A DNA stretch of 56,901 bases, filler included, from Sphacelaria rigidula (GCA_964200075.2; 6 parts of 6 records of this genome joined end to end with filler, not necessarily neighbours in it); one strand, 5' to 3'; shown: positions 38,004 through 50,080, numbered from the whole stretch's first letter. The notes: generated by a model not told the origin, from the sequence alone. Made by a program: numbers and translations.

Positions 38004-41000
38004 CTCGTTTCGAATGTGCGAAGTAGCGGGCGGTATGCCACACCGGGCGACCCGGCTGTTCAAGCTGCCGTCAAAATCATCATTGACGACCAACTTCCCG
38101 GTATTAGTGCAGTTTTGTTCGCCCACCGTAACGACAGCCCCTCACCATTTGATGACATGGACCACATGTTGTCGTCTGCACGCTTGTATGAGACAAATCA
38201 GTCGGGTGCTGTCACGCCTAAACGACTTGGGGCCTCGACTTACGCGGGACACACCAATCGTGCTAAAATTCGCACTGGCACTGGGTATGAGCAACAATAC
38301 AACCGAGTGATGATGGGTGGGGGTAAGGACTATGAGGAGAAGGATGACGAGTATCGTCATGTGTATGCGATTGGCGAAAGGAAGCGCCATAAGCGTGGGT
38401 TTGGACCGCATGATGACTCCCCATCTTACGAACGGCTTGGCAGCAACGATGAAAAAATAGCTGAACGCAAAGCGTTTCGTCCCTATTGTTCGAACTGTGG
38501 TAGTAGCAAGCGTACTTTGGCTCGTGATTGTCTGGAGCCGATTTTGAATCATCCAGGGCTGACTCATCATGCCATCGGGCATGGTTCGGAGGATGAGGTA
38601 GCTGCACGGTGGCGCAGGTGGCAGCGAAGGTTGCGTGCGTATATTTAGGAGCATAGCCAGCGGAGCTGACGGTGCGACGGAATGGCAATGCCTTACCGGT
38701 GGCGAATAAGCCTGTTGGTGAGAATCCTGTTGCGCGTGTTTCGAACGCTGTGCCACGTTTTAATGTTGTGATAGAGGGGTTCGAAAACCATGAATCCGTA
38801 CGTTGAATTACTTGTCTGACGTTGAACGGTGTCAGTAGTCCAGGCACCTGTGCGACCGGTTCTGTTTTGCATGCGACATATTCTGGTTTAGAGGTGAGGT
38901 GCGATTCGCATAGTGCATGTGATATAAGTACTGAATGATCCTTGACTTCAGCATCCACTCGTGGAAATAATCACTTCACACCGTGTGTGGACAAGTTGGG
39001 GTGGAGTTCGCTGCTGTTAGCAGAGGCCCCACAATCTAAGGTTTTGAATGATGTTGCACTGTCCTCTGGTCACCGGAACGGGGATCAAATGAAGCGTAAT
39101 TCCCCGGTTTGTTCTTCAGTTTTGAGCAATTACCCTAGTTGTGGCAAGTTGAAAGTGCAGACGAGTGGCTGGCACACACGAAATGTCATGACCACTGTCC
39201 CTAGGGCGCAGGATGGGCCCGGTGTGAAGTGCGCTTCACACTCTGAAAAACAAAACAATGCAAGAGCTACCCAGGATCGTAGGATAACGATGTCACGTTG
39301 TGAATCAACAAATAATGATTCGACCACTGGACCGGATATCCAACGAAATGACTGTTATCACCCACGCGTGTGTTTGGCCGAAGTCTCAAACACACCGATT
39401 CGTGCGGCCGGAGTCCCGCGCAAACCAACTGAAACTTGTCGCGTATTTGGAGAGGTATCTCACAACACAGCCAATAGAGCGCTACAGCCAACACGAGAAC
39501 TGGACAACGAGGATTGTACGTACGGAAATAAAGTTGGAGTAACTGTTAATGCACCTAGCACTACCCCCGATCTGTCACGTACTCCGCGAAAGGGCTTACA
39601 TGAAAATGTCATACCCTCTGTTCCTCCGACACCCTGTGGAACGCTCAATCAACTACCTCACTGATAGTGGTAGCCCAGCCACGTTTGTAACGCGTGCCGC
39701 ATGGCAAAATATGCTTTCAAGCGGGGGAACCACGGTAGATGGCATAAGAAAAGTCGATCCTATCTCGTGGGGAGGTTTTAATGCAGTACCACTGACCACA
39801 TCGTCGCAGGTTATACTGAATATTCTTTTTGAGGACTCAGCCGAGGTAAACTCGTCGTGTCCAGTGCAACGTTTCACCTCGCCCAGCTGTGTTGCGAACG
39901 TCGTGCCTGACGACACAATGACGCATGACATCTTCATGGGGAGAGGCGGTTTATCTCAACCCCCCCCTACGTAAATTCACTGATGTGCATCGAGACGAAA
40001 CTGTTCTGACTCTAAACCTTGCAAAATTGATCAGTACGAAGACTACGTTAATAACGCGATTGGGCTCATTGAACGAGAACCCGCAGCTGGTGAAGGAGTT
40101 GTTGTCTGGTTTAATGGCGAGCGGGCGCAAATAATTTCTAAACATCTTCTCTGGGTTCCCGTCATACTCATTAACCCAGACAAGGCAAAGGCAAAACGGG
40201 GGAGGTATTACGTAAGGTTCGGCGAAGGTTGGTCTCCGATTGAGAGATGGTTGTTGATGCAGGTGAATCACAGATCCCCTTGAAAACGTTTTGCGCAGAG
40301 GACGTGGTGATGGAGACGGGCATGATACTGGGATCAACCGGCGCCCCTCTCGACAAAAGTGAGTTGGAGAACGCTGAGATCTCGAAAGTTGATGTTCTAC
40401 CCGTAACAGACTTGTTTTCTGTTATAAAAGAGACATCGGAGGCACCGGACTCCATGATGCCGGGTCTTGGTGAATTGCAGAAAGTCGCGTTCAGGCACTT
40501 GTGGAAACGCATACTCACCCATCTTCGCAGCATCCAGTTTGATCTCGAGGACAAGTATTGGACGGTAGAGGATATCGATAACTTGGCCTATGTGTTTGGA
40601 CATCTTGTCGGGTCATTTCAACATTTCTTTCCACCCAGATACCATACCCTTGACCGCCGTTTGTACCCAGTCAGGATTGTATGAGTGGTTAGACATGCGC
40701 ATGGGTTGTGGTCGTAGCCAGGCTTAGTTCCAATCCATCATGGCTCGAGTGTGTGAGGGATTGGAAAGGTGCCGCCTGTACATTGATGATATTTGCACTT
40801 TCAGTACTGGTGGCGCGAAACATGTGCGAGATTTAGAACGGTTCTTCGAAAGAGTGATCAAATTCAATCTCAAACTGGCTCCCAAGAAGGCGCATTTGGG
40901 CGCCAAGGAAACCAAGTTTTCAGGACACCTTATTTCGGCAGAGGGAATAGCCCCTGATCCGGACAAGGCTGCGGCTCTGGAAAAGATGCCTATGTCAACT

Positions 41001-43415
41001 AATGTATCGCAGCTACGATCCCTGCTGGGTGGGCTCAGCTTTGACCGTAAGTTTTTACCAAAAATGGCGGCTTGAACGAAACCTGTGAATGATCTGCTGA
41101 AAAAGAGCGCGGATTTTGATTTCACGAAAGAACACACCGCGGTCGTTCGATTTTTACTGTCCAAATTGTCGAGCCTTGAAGTGTTGACGTTCCCAGACTA
41201 CGAGGGAGCATCCACGGGAGGTCGACCGTTCATGTTGGTTGTGGACGCGTCTGTGAATGGTTTGGGGGTATGCGGTGGAACAGCGGCAGAAAGACGGCAC
41301 CGACCGACCACTATGCTTTTTCAGCCGGTCCACTTTGCCCAACGAAAAAATCTGATATGCGACAGAGCTAGAGATGGGCGCAGTTGTGTGAGCGGTGAAG
41401 AAGAACAGACCTTTGTTCTACGGCGTGCCTTTGAAAGTTTACAGCGATCACTAACCGCTCCGCAACCTGTTCAGTTTGGCGGAAAAGATACCACGAGTTC
41501 AACGGTGGCGAGAGTTTTTGAGCGCTTACTCGTTTACACTCCGCTACAAGCCTGGCCCGATAAACGCTAACGCGCACATGTTGTCCCGACTGCCGACCAA
41601 ATATTGTGAGGACTACGTTTCGGGTAAACATAGCATCACAAATCCTGACGATGTGGACGTGTACTTCGTCGGCGCTAGTGGCGTGCAGCCTAAATGGTTT
41701 CTCGATCTGATAATTCACGCCTGGATGGGCTTCGCCCGTAGAGCCATGAGCCGCACAGTTCTAGTAGTCTGGATGGGCTTCGTTCGAACACTTCCGGGGA
41801 TGATCCGGGTCGTGTAGGCCCGACTTTGGTCTGTGCCGTACAGGCTTACACGAGGGAGAGACCCCAGGTAGTGGAAGATCCCACTCCGCTTCTTTTTCCG
41901 GGCATGATAACCAGTAGTCAGTGGGAAGCAGGTCTAATTCTGCATGCGTAGGCACATACTGAAGTAGGAAGTAGATTGTTAACTGCACCATCAAATAACA
42001 ACGTTCATATAATTACCACCGCAGGAAGTGGCAGCGCTGGTGCAGCGGGTACACTCGGTATTGATGAAGCTCATAATGTTGGGGAACATCTATGCCGAAA
42101 ATCGGCTGGGGATTGGCCTTACACTCAGCAAGACGACATTCCCTCGCGCACAGTTATTCAGTGCTTGTGCCAGGAAAAAAAAACACTGACTCAAGGACAG
42201 GAGAATTCCATTGCACCAGAGGTCGATTCGAAAGCGTTAAGAAGGCTGTTGAAAGCAGGAGAACGTTTAGAGCTTCCAAATGGTGCGAACATGCTGGTAA
42301 GGAAAGTCACGGATGTGCCGTCAAGTCAAGAGGACCGCAATCTGGGAAACTTCGAATGGTATTTGGGGGAAGAACCTGTTCGAACATATGTACCCATTTT
42401 GGTGAGGCCGTGGGTCATGGACCAAACTCACAAAGAAGCGGTGCACTTGGGAGGAAACGTCACGTCAACGTTACTATTGGTGGATTGGAATGAAGGACAG
42501 CGTAGAATTTTGGATCCGGAGGTGTTACTATTGCCAAAGCAAGAAAACAGCCCAGTCAACTGTGCGATGGCCTTTAGTATCTCTACCTCTCCCTAGCAAA
42601 CCTGGCCAAATGGTGGGACTTGACCTGTTCAGGCCGATGCCTAGAACTATGAAGGGTAGCACTTACATACTGTTAGTTGTAGATTTTTCAGTAGACACGC
42701 CGAAGCGTACGCCCTGACTGGCGAGGAGAAAACCGCAGAAGGTCGTGCGGCTAGCCTCGTAAACAATTACATGCCTCGATGGGGATGCCCGCACACCTTG
42801 TTATCCGACCGAGGGCCGGAATTTACCTCTGCCATCAGTGGAGCGGTTAGCAGGATGATGGGAATCATTAAACGGTACACCAGCTCGAACCACCCTCAAA
42901 CAAATGGCATGGTGAGAAGGACGAACCATACTTTGTGCCAGATGTTGTCCTATTTGGTGGCTGATGATCAGGAAAATTGGGACATGTTAACGCATGCTAT
43001 GGCGGCGCATACTAATAACGTAGGTAGAGGTATCGGGCTGGCTTCGAATGAGGTCCACATAGGTCGACACCTTGGAATGCCGATGGTCATTTTAGAAGGG
43101 AGAGGAGCCCAAGGGCATCAAGGTCTGAAAACAGATCAGCTACAATATTTGCAGCTGATGAGAAATAGACGGAAGAAAGCGTACAAGCTGGTAAGGCAGG
43201 AAGACTTTTATCACAAAATCCAAACGCGAGATAGCGAATGACCACCTGGACAAAATTGCCAACCGTCGACCGAAGTGGGAGGTGGGGGACTGGAAGTTCG
43301 TCTACAATGCAAGGGGAACTCTTTCTAGAGGAGGTCATGCGGCGGTGCCTGTGTCGGATTCCGGGGGAAAGTCGTTCACCCTGTCGGTTAAATTGGCTCA
43401 GTATTGGACGGGACT
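38004..43415 (+). mobile_element. Decayed Ty3/Gypsy retrotransposon 2 (same lineage as element 1)
   Basis: CSNC...C knuckle (38487-38531) plus WRRWQ; TDSGS (~39660); YIDD (40779) with the 5' part of RT deleted; VVDAS; CYYCQ; LSDRGPEF; NHTLCQML; breaks off at YWTG (~43410). Confidence 0.92.
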
Positions 43416-43889
43416 CGTAGCCAAATGATACGAAGCCGTAGGTTTCAGTATAATCGCATGCATGATTGGAGCAGTCACAGAGGACAGGGGATCCTGGATT
43501 GATAACCCTCATCTGTGTGGCCCCTTGCTGTCTAGCTCTTGATGTGGTCTGTTGAGGATCACTCCGTGATAATAACAAGTGAGAAGAAAAGATTTGCCGA
43601 GCACGAGGCCAGTGCTACTGGAGGAGTCGCTCGGGGATAGTGTAATGCGTGAGAGGACCGCGTACTTACAGGACCGCATCGGAATTCGAGCACCCCTATG
43701 GTTAGGGTTAGGGTTAGGGTTAGTGTTGGGGTTAGGGTCAGGGGCGTGGTACCTCCAGGGACTGACCCGGTTGGTTTTGAAAAACGTCGATACTGAGGTC
43801 TTTTGAACTACGGCGTGGTCCTCTAAGCACGGGGTCCTCTCACGCATTACAGTCAGTCCTCTTGTCCAGATCGTCTGGCAGGGGCTACA
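43416..43889 (+). mobile_element. Putative 5' LTR of Gypsy 3 (~258 bp without the MITE)
   Basis: (c)GTAGCC...GGCTACA terminal inverted repeat; starts where element 2 integrase homology stops; gag follows. Confidence 0.4.
43641..43851 (+). mobile_element. 211-bp TIR element with telomeric TTAGGG repeats, copy 1
   Basis: TGTAATGCGTGAGAGGACC...GGTCCTCTCACGCATTACA, ~40-bp TIRs; (TTAGGG)3 TTAGTG TTGGGG TTAGGG at ~43702-43737; flanks gatag/gtcag match only partly. Confidence 0.9.
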
Positions 43890-45211
43890 ATATCTAGATA
43901 TTTCTCCAGCACTCTGTTAGAGGAGTTTGGCTGAGGAGAAGTGGGCAGCAGCTAAGAAGCAGTTTAGCCCACAGAGAGGAGGAGACCAGCCTGAAGCGCA
44001 CAGCAAAGGGGGACGCTCCGTGAACTGGAGGACGCACATGTCAGGCAAGAGTCTCTCCGTGGAGTGTTTGAAGCATAGACGACATGGCTCTTGCGGCGGC
44101 AGCGCCACTGGTGTTAGGTGAGCCACTACAGCCGCCAACGTATGGTGAAGTATGGACAGATGAGGCATCACGGGTGTTTTTCGCAGCATATCTTGAATAT
44201 ATACAGCGTCTGAGTCTCGCTAATGGACAAGGAATTATACGGCATGAGAGAGTGAGCATAGGGCAACTTATTCCTGTCTACATTCACCGCTGCTTCGAAG
44301 ACATGTACAAGGGCGGTCGTGCTATGACCCCCGATGAATTGTTTGAGGCTGTGAAGTAGCATGCCGGGTAAACTACAGCCGGTGGAAAGCATGACGCTGC
44401 GCGGACTGCAGCAGACCTGCGTAGGGTACTTACGATGAAGCAAAATGGGAGGAAACCTATCAGAGATCGTGCGATGATGATCAGTTTAGATATGGAACGT
44501 TTTTTTGCAGAGAACCTGATGGTGCAAGCCATGTACCGGGAGGAGGACGGAAGTTGGTTGCCAGGCCCGGCCGAGTCGGTTTCCATTGCTTTGGTGGACG
44601 GGGTTTCGCCCCCGGACTTCAAGGCGTATGTGAGACATGTACTAACGTATGTTGACGGCTGGAAACAAAAACACGACGGTGGTGTTCAAAACAATATTTT
44701 CGGCCGACCAGTGGAAGTTCATTGAAGCACATGGCCGGCGCGACTCTGCAAGAAGTGCAGGTCGTATGCACGGCAACCACCAGCAACAGAAACAGCAGCC
44801 GTCTTCGCGAGAGTCGTTCACTCGCGCGTATCACAACTGCGGCGACACAGGACATATGATCAAGGACTGCCCCAAGCCTCGCGCTCAAGGCGCGGAACAG
44901 GGCAATGCACGAGATTTATCAGGATCTCGGGACGATCGTCACAATGGACGTGGCCGTGCCAATCAGGGACGCGGGCGCGGCGGCCGCGGTAGCAAGCAGT
45001 CGGCGGAGGATGGTGGTTCCTCCGCTGCTGTTTCTTCCACTACGTCATCAGGTGGTGACTCTGGATCTTATGGTTCGTCCGTAGCGGGGCGGACAGTGTA
45101 CGTGGAAAATGCAAATACTTCGGTGGGGAGCGCTGGAGCGCATAGCTCGTAACCCCTCGGCCAAGCAGGATCCGTGTCTGGTGCATTCCCTACTGCTGTG
45201 ACGGCTGTATC

Positions 45212-45422
45212 TGTAATGCGTGAGAGGATCGCGTGTTCAGAGGATCGCATCGAAATTTGAACATCCCTATGGTTAGGGTTACGGTTAGGGTTAGTGTTGG
45301 GGTTAGGGTCAAGGGCGTAGTACCTGCAGGGATTGGCCCGATTGGTTTTGGAAAACATCGTTCCTGGGGTATTTTTAATTACGGCGCGGTCCTCTAAGCA
45401 CGCGATCCTCTCACGCATTGCA
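45212..45422 (+). mobile_element. 211-bp telomeric-repeat TIR element, copy 2
   Basis: Colinear with copy 1; perfect 5-bp TSD GTATC (45207-45211 / 45423-45427). Confidence 0.92.
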
Positions 45423-46884
45423 GTATCAGCGCCGTCCGCATACTCGGTGACTTGGTCTGGTTAGGTCGACGATTCGCAGCTATCGATGCCAAGTGCTGGA
45501 GGGCAGCCCTGGCGTCAGGTGACTCTTGAGACAGCACAGGGTTCTTCGGCAGGTGTGGTACCTGTCGAGGCTGAATACTCACGCGCAGATCTTTCCTTAC
45601 CTGGTTCTGTAGATTCGTTCATGGCCCGCGTTATTCTGGATTCTGGGTCTGCCCTCACGTCGATTGGTGTGGGGTTGCTAGAACACATGTCTTCGCAGTT
45701 TGGCGGCGCGCAGCTTCAGATTCCGCTTGCAAACGGGCCGCAAACGGCACAGACCGCCACGGGTGCTCCCGTGACGGTTACACACAAAACGGTGCCGATT
45801 ACTGTCAGTGTGCGTACGCCGTTGGGGGTTGTAGAGTTGCAACCCATTACTTTCGCTGCCATGCCCGGTAGGGACACCGTGGTTCTACTTCAGATGGCGG
45901 CAGTGAAGGAGCTCGGGATTGATCTATATCCGCTGGCGTTGGAGAAGTTACGTCCACGTGCTAGGCCGGTGCAAACCGGCGACCTGGCTGCAAGGCGTGT
46001 GATCGTACCCATACGGCTATTTCACAGCGCCAACGAGGAGGACGCTCCTGCGGATGAAGCGGTGGAGCGCTTGGTCGATCGGGGGTCAGACATGCTCATG
46101 GACCCAGCAGAGGAGAGAGGTTCAAGAAAATGTGCGCTTGAGGATAGTGTGCGGCAGGCCGAGTAGAAGGGCCTGAGCGCCGATGGCGCACATTGTCTGC
46201 GCGATGTTTTGGCTCGTCGCGTGGATTCATTTTCGTCGTGCGCTGCGTGGTGATCTGCCAGCGCGCGTGGAGCCAATGAAGAAGGCTGTGAAGGACAAGC
46301 CTCACCGCTGCGATCCGGTGAAGACCGTGTGGCATCGCAGTTTTGGCGGCATTTGGTTCTTTGGTTAGGAATATTCAGGCTGTGTGGGCGAGCCCGGCGA
46401 TGACGGTCCCGAAGCGGAACACATTCCGTTTGGTCAGCGACTATTAGGCGGTGAACGCGCAAGTGGAATAGTCTCCGGGGGTAATGCCAAGCCAAGAAGA
46501 CATGCGGGAGTTGCTGGGAGCCCAACAACAATATCGGTATGTCAGTGAACACATTTCTGGAGAGCGCATGTTTTGGGGAGATTTGTTGTCTCGCTTGGTG
46601 AAGGTTCCTACTGTTCCTGCTCGTTCTGTTGCCGTGTACAGCCCGTGTGATGCCGATGATCCGCGGCTCTCGTTAGATGTCATTCGTACCGCGTAACGCA
46701 AAACAGTCGGCTAAGGTGTTCATTTTCTCCCTACGACTTTCGGTCAAGCTGCCTTGGCTGACGATGGTTTGTTTCGCGTGCGTGTTGGCAGTAGCGATGT
46801 TTTGTGGATTTCGTCGGATGATAAGGCTTTACAAACTCGCTTGATGGTGTGCGCTCACATGCGGTCGGCTGGTCGCCGTGGTGT

Positions 46885-47095
46885 TGTAATGCGTGAGAGA
46901 ACCGCGTGCTTTGAGGGCCGCGCCGTGGTTTAAAACACCTCAGGATCGACGTTTTTCAAAACCAATCGGGCCAGTCCCTGCAGGTACCACGCCCCTGACC
47001 ATAAGCCTATCACTAGCCCTGACCCTAACCCTAACCATAGAGATGTTCAAATTCCGATACGGTCCTCTAAGCACGCGGTCCTCTCACGCATTACA
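46885..47095 (-). mobile_element. 211-bp telomeric-repeat TIR element, copy 3 (inverted)
   Basis: CCCTAA-type repeats on +; 4-bp TSD GTGT. Removing the element and one TSD restores the integrase frame (HMRSAGRRGVAPTLFRL). Confidence 0.92.
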
Positions 47096-47402
47096 GTGTG
47101 GCGCCGACTCTGTTTCGTTTGAAATAATACTGTATGTGGCCTTACATGGATTCCCCCGTTCGCGAGTTCGTCCGCCAGTGTTTGCATTGTGTAGACACTC
47201 GTGCTGGTGCGATTGTACCTCGTCCGTATGGCGATACTGTACACGGTACTGCGCCAGGTGAAGTTACTCACTTTGATTTTCTGTACGTCAGAAGTAGCGG
47301 ACCTGAATGTGCCAACGATTTGCCTGATGAGGATGGTTTTCGGTACGTTTTGGTTATCATGGATGATTTGTCCAATTTCGTTTGCTCGGGAGGCATGCTG
47401 CG

Positions 47403-47502
47403 NNNNNNNNNNNNNNNNNNNNNNNNNNNNNNNNNNNNNNNNNNNNTTAATTAATTAANNNNNNNNNNNNNNNNNNNNNNNNNNNNNNNNNNNNNNNNNN
47501 NN
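47403..47502. other. Artificial contig spacer
   Basis: N + TTAATTAATTAA + N. Confidence 0.97.
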
Positions 47503-47620
47503 GTGTGGTTTTTTGAAAGTACGATAAAAGTAGAAGAGATTGATGAATAATACACCGGAAACACGCTTCATACTCTCCGGTAATGCAGTGCTCGTTTTGT
47601 AATGCTGCATGCGCCACCAC

Positions 47621-47895
47621 GCCCCTGGGGTCTAAATGAAAATGGTCAGACTGTCGTTAGGATGGAGGAAACGTGGGCTCGAATCCTGCCAGGTGCCTTG
47701 GGTTTTCCTCCAAAGTATCTGTTGATTGCGTTTTTCTTGTAACTAGGCTGGAGTCTGGAAGAAAAGGGATGGAGGACTGCATGTCTTCTGAGAAATAGGA
47801 GGGACGGTATTGGAAAGACGACCCTACGTCTGTGACCACGGGTTCGAGAGACCGGACTAATGTGCGGAAATAATAAATGATAGTAGTAATAATAG
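47621..47895 (+). mobile_element. tRNA-derived SINE with (TAA)n tail
   Basis: Head 47621-47696: gcccctgg...ccaggtgc acceptor-like stem and GGGCTCGAATCC B box; body and tail repeated at 48585-48733. Confidence 0.65.
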
Positions 47896-48291
47896 TCTGA
47901 TGTTCACCGTTAAAAGCGTGTGTACGTAAGTGAACACGAAACGTCGTTGACTGGGTTTGTTCGAGGTTGACGCGGTGCGGGAGTGCTGATCCAATCCGCG
48001 AGAACAAAGTGCAAGGCGTGTACCATGGAGAGATGGGTCGATCCCTTGAGACCATTAGACCACGGACTCGTCCTGAGGAAGGGGAAGGGTTCAGAGTGCG
48101 ACAAAGAAACGTAAAATCGTATCTTTGATTATTATTATCTTGTTTGGTGTTGTTGCTGGGTCTGTGATGTAGATGTAGCTTTCCACGGCGGGTCTGATTA
48201 GCAGAATAGCGGAATATGTATGTTGTTGGACCCTTTGACCGCCTGCAAGGGTCATGTGAACCTTGCAGTCATTTTTTCAAGTGGGAATGAT

Positions 48292-48401
48292 AACACCCTG
48301 GACAATACATTACTTCGTCAAAAAGTGTACTGCGTACAGTATGAAATATGTTGTCTACTGCAATCCGCCCAATAGTTGATGGTATTTTTGTACAAGGTGT
48401 G
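48292..48401. mobile_element. Shortened copy of the CACACCCTGG hAT-like MITE
   Basis: aacaccctggacaata...aaaagtgtactgcgtacagta...aggtgtg; homologous to 54235 and 56421. Confidence 0.6.
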
Positions 48402-48584
48402 GAAATAAGGCAGATCCAACATGTTTGTTCGCTCTGGTGGTCAAGGGGTTGAACATCGAACATTCTGATGTATTCATGTTTGGTGACATACACGGCGCGA
48501 CGGTGCTGTTGAAAAAAAAAGCCGGCGTCTCGTGTTCTGCGCGGCCTAAAATTTGTACCAGATTCTTCTATTTTTGTGTTTCAG

Positions 48585-48733
48585 TATAGAGTCTCGGAAA
48601 AAAGAAATGACGAGGACTTCATGTCTTGTAAGGAATAGCAGGGACGGTACTGGAAAGACGAGCTTACGTCTGTCTGTGACCCCGGGTTCGAGAGATCGAG
48701 CTAATTTGCGGAAGTAATAATAATAATAATATA
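48585..48733 (+). mobile_element. 5'-truncated copy of the (TAA)n-tailed SINE
   Basis: gaggact.catgtctt...agggacggta.tggaaagacga...gggttcgagaga...tgcggaa(taa)n shared with 47750-47895. Confidence 0.7.
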
Positions 48734-48847
48734 ACAATGAGAGTCTGGTACGTATTGTTTTTTAACGGAAAAATGTTTCACTGGTTGGATGGATAATGGT
48801 TTCTATGAAACACTAGAAAAAAACAAATTAGTTTCAGCAAATCATTC

Positions 48848-49051
48848 CAAGGCCAGGTCGGCTAGGGCATAACCGATATTTCGATACCTTGAAAAGTCGC
48901 ACATCACCTGCCCAAGGCAGTGGCAATGATTTGTATGGGCTCTATAGAGGGGAGCAACAGTACTGGGCTGGCTGCTGCGCCATGGCTTGGATCGGATATC
49001 CATTTTTCAGGATACCACAATATCGGGTGTACCCTGCCCGATCTGCCCTTG
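48848..49051. mobile_element. ~204-bp hAT-like MITE
   Basis: caaggccaggtcgg..aggg...ccgatatt is inverted at aatatcgg...ccctgcccgatctgcccttg; flanks aaatcatt(c) / taatcatt. Confidence 0.6.
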
Positions 49052-49689
49052 TAATCATTATTTGTCCCACCATTAGAACAGCTCCCGGAACAGTACGATT
49101 CGTACCATACGAATCAATCCTTGAACTTTGTTTTCAGAGCTCCAGCCCAACACTCCAAGCACATCGATTAGCGCAAAATTCGCCTGTTATAGATACTTTT
49201 TGGTGACACGCTGTCAACGTTTTTTCTCTCTTTTAATCATCCAGGTCTGAGATATCGTAGCTGCAGTGAATCGAACCAGTGGTGATTCGTCCGAATCTCG
49301 TAATTTTCCAAGCACGGCCCTGTGACGAGTGGTTCTGAAATGTTAAGTGTTGCAACTTCGGAGTATAACGTACACTCCAGTGCCAGTGCAATGGAAGTGC
49401 ATCACAACGAGATCGGCGGCTAGCTCGTGCGGCAGAGAGAAGCTCATAATAACTTCTGAGTTATTATCGCATCCTGTGTGTGTATCCATGACACTGTCGT
49501 GTCCATTTCCTCCGGTCGTTCATGTTCAAAGTCGCGAACAATATCGTTTCCGTTTCCTGTTTGTTGCTTTTCCCATCTCCCCTCCCCACGCTTTGTTTCC
49601 GTTCGTGATTTTTTTTCTTTCTGTCCTCTGCGTTTTTGCTCTCGTTTCGTTGGGTACGTTCTTGTCTCGGTCATTCTCCAACACAACAG

Positions 49690-49764
49690 CCGGCGGAAGC
49701 AGATGGAAGCCGTGGTGGGCACGCTCCAAGAGCTCAAACGGGGCCTGCTCTCCGATGCTGATGG
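49690..49764 (+). CDS. Candidate host exon (RRKQMEAVVGTLQELKRGLLSDADG)
   Basis: Long polypyrimidine tract, ...acacaacAG acceptor, GG|GTGGGA donor, phase 2/2. Confidence 0.5.
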
Positions 49765-49776
49765 GTGGGAAAATAA

Positions 49777-50080
49777 TGATTGATTCATTGATTACTTGAT
49801 TGATTGTCGCACACTCAGTGATCTCCTGAGGAGTCCAGTCGTGGTCATAACTCACAACACCGACGTACCCAAGGCGAACAAAATGGGAACACTCGCTAAA
49901 GAAGGAATAGAAACGTTGAAAAAAACAGAAACAATATTCAGCAACCTACCGGAGTAGCCTGGGTAAAGCAAGAACGACGACAAAAATAAAAACCAAGCAG
50001 GACTGGGAAAGACAAGGAAAAAAGAAGAATCACAAGAGGGATGAAAAAAAAGTGAAGAATGAAATAAACTTAAAACCGGC
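49777..50080 (-). mobile_element. Truncated LINE 3' UTR with (CAAT)n-type tail
   Basis: (ttga)n-ttgtcgcac...tccagtcgtggtcata followed by an A-rich tract is the reverse complement of the 24480-24771 type end. Confidence 0.6.

Larger units (their letters stand above)
43416..47402 (+). mobile_element. Decayed, internally deleted Ty3/Gypsy retrotransposon 3 (different lineage)
   Basis: gag with YHNCGDTGHMIKDC; ILDSG (45636); RT start WASPAMTVPK..FRLVSDY joined directly to RNase H end HISG...WGDLLSRL (YxDD region missing); integrase LMVCAH..CLHC, HFDFLY. Confidence 0.88.

Noticed and set aside
29137-43415. Gypsy 1 and 2 as a head-to-tail tandem array
   Set aside because: They lie on different contigs separated by a synthetic spacer.
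43700-43745. True telomere or chromosome-fusion scar
   Set aside because: The TTAGGG units are few, degenerate and internal to a 211-bp TIR element repeated three times.
43509-47271. ORFs containing MRERTA/MRERIA and PNPNPN or LGLGLG runs
   Set aside because: They arise from the ATG in the MITE TIR and from translating TTAGGG repeats; there is no sign of coding.
47621-47696. Functional tRNA gene
   Set aside because: D and anticodon arms do not fold convincingly, and it is fused to a repeated body and tail, so it was called a SINE head.
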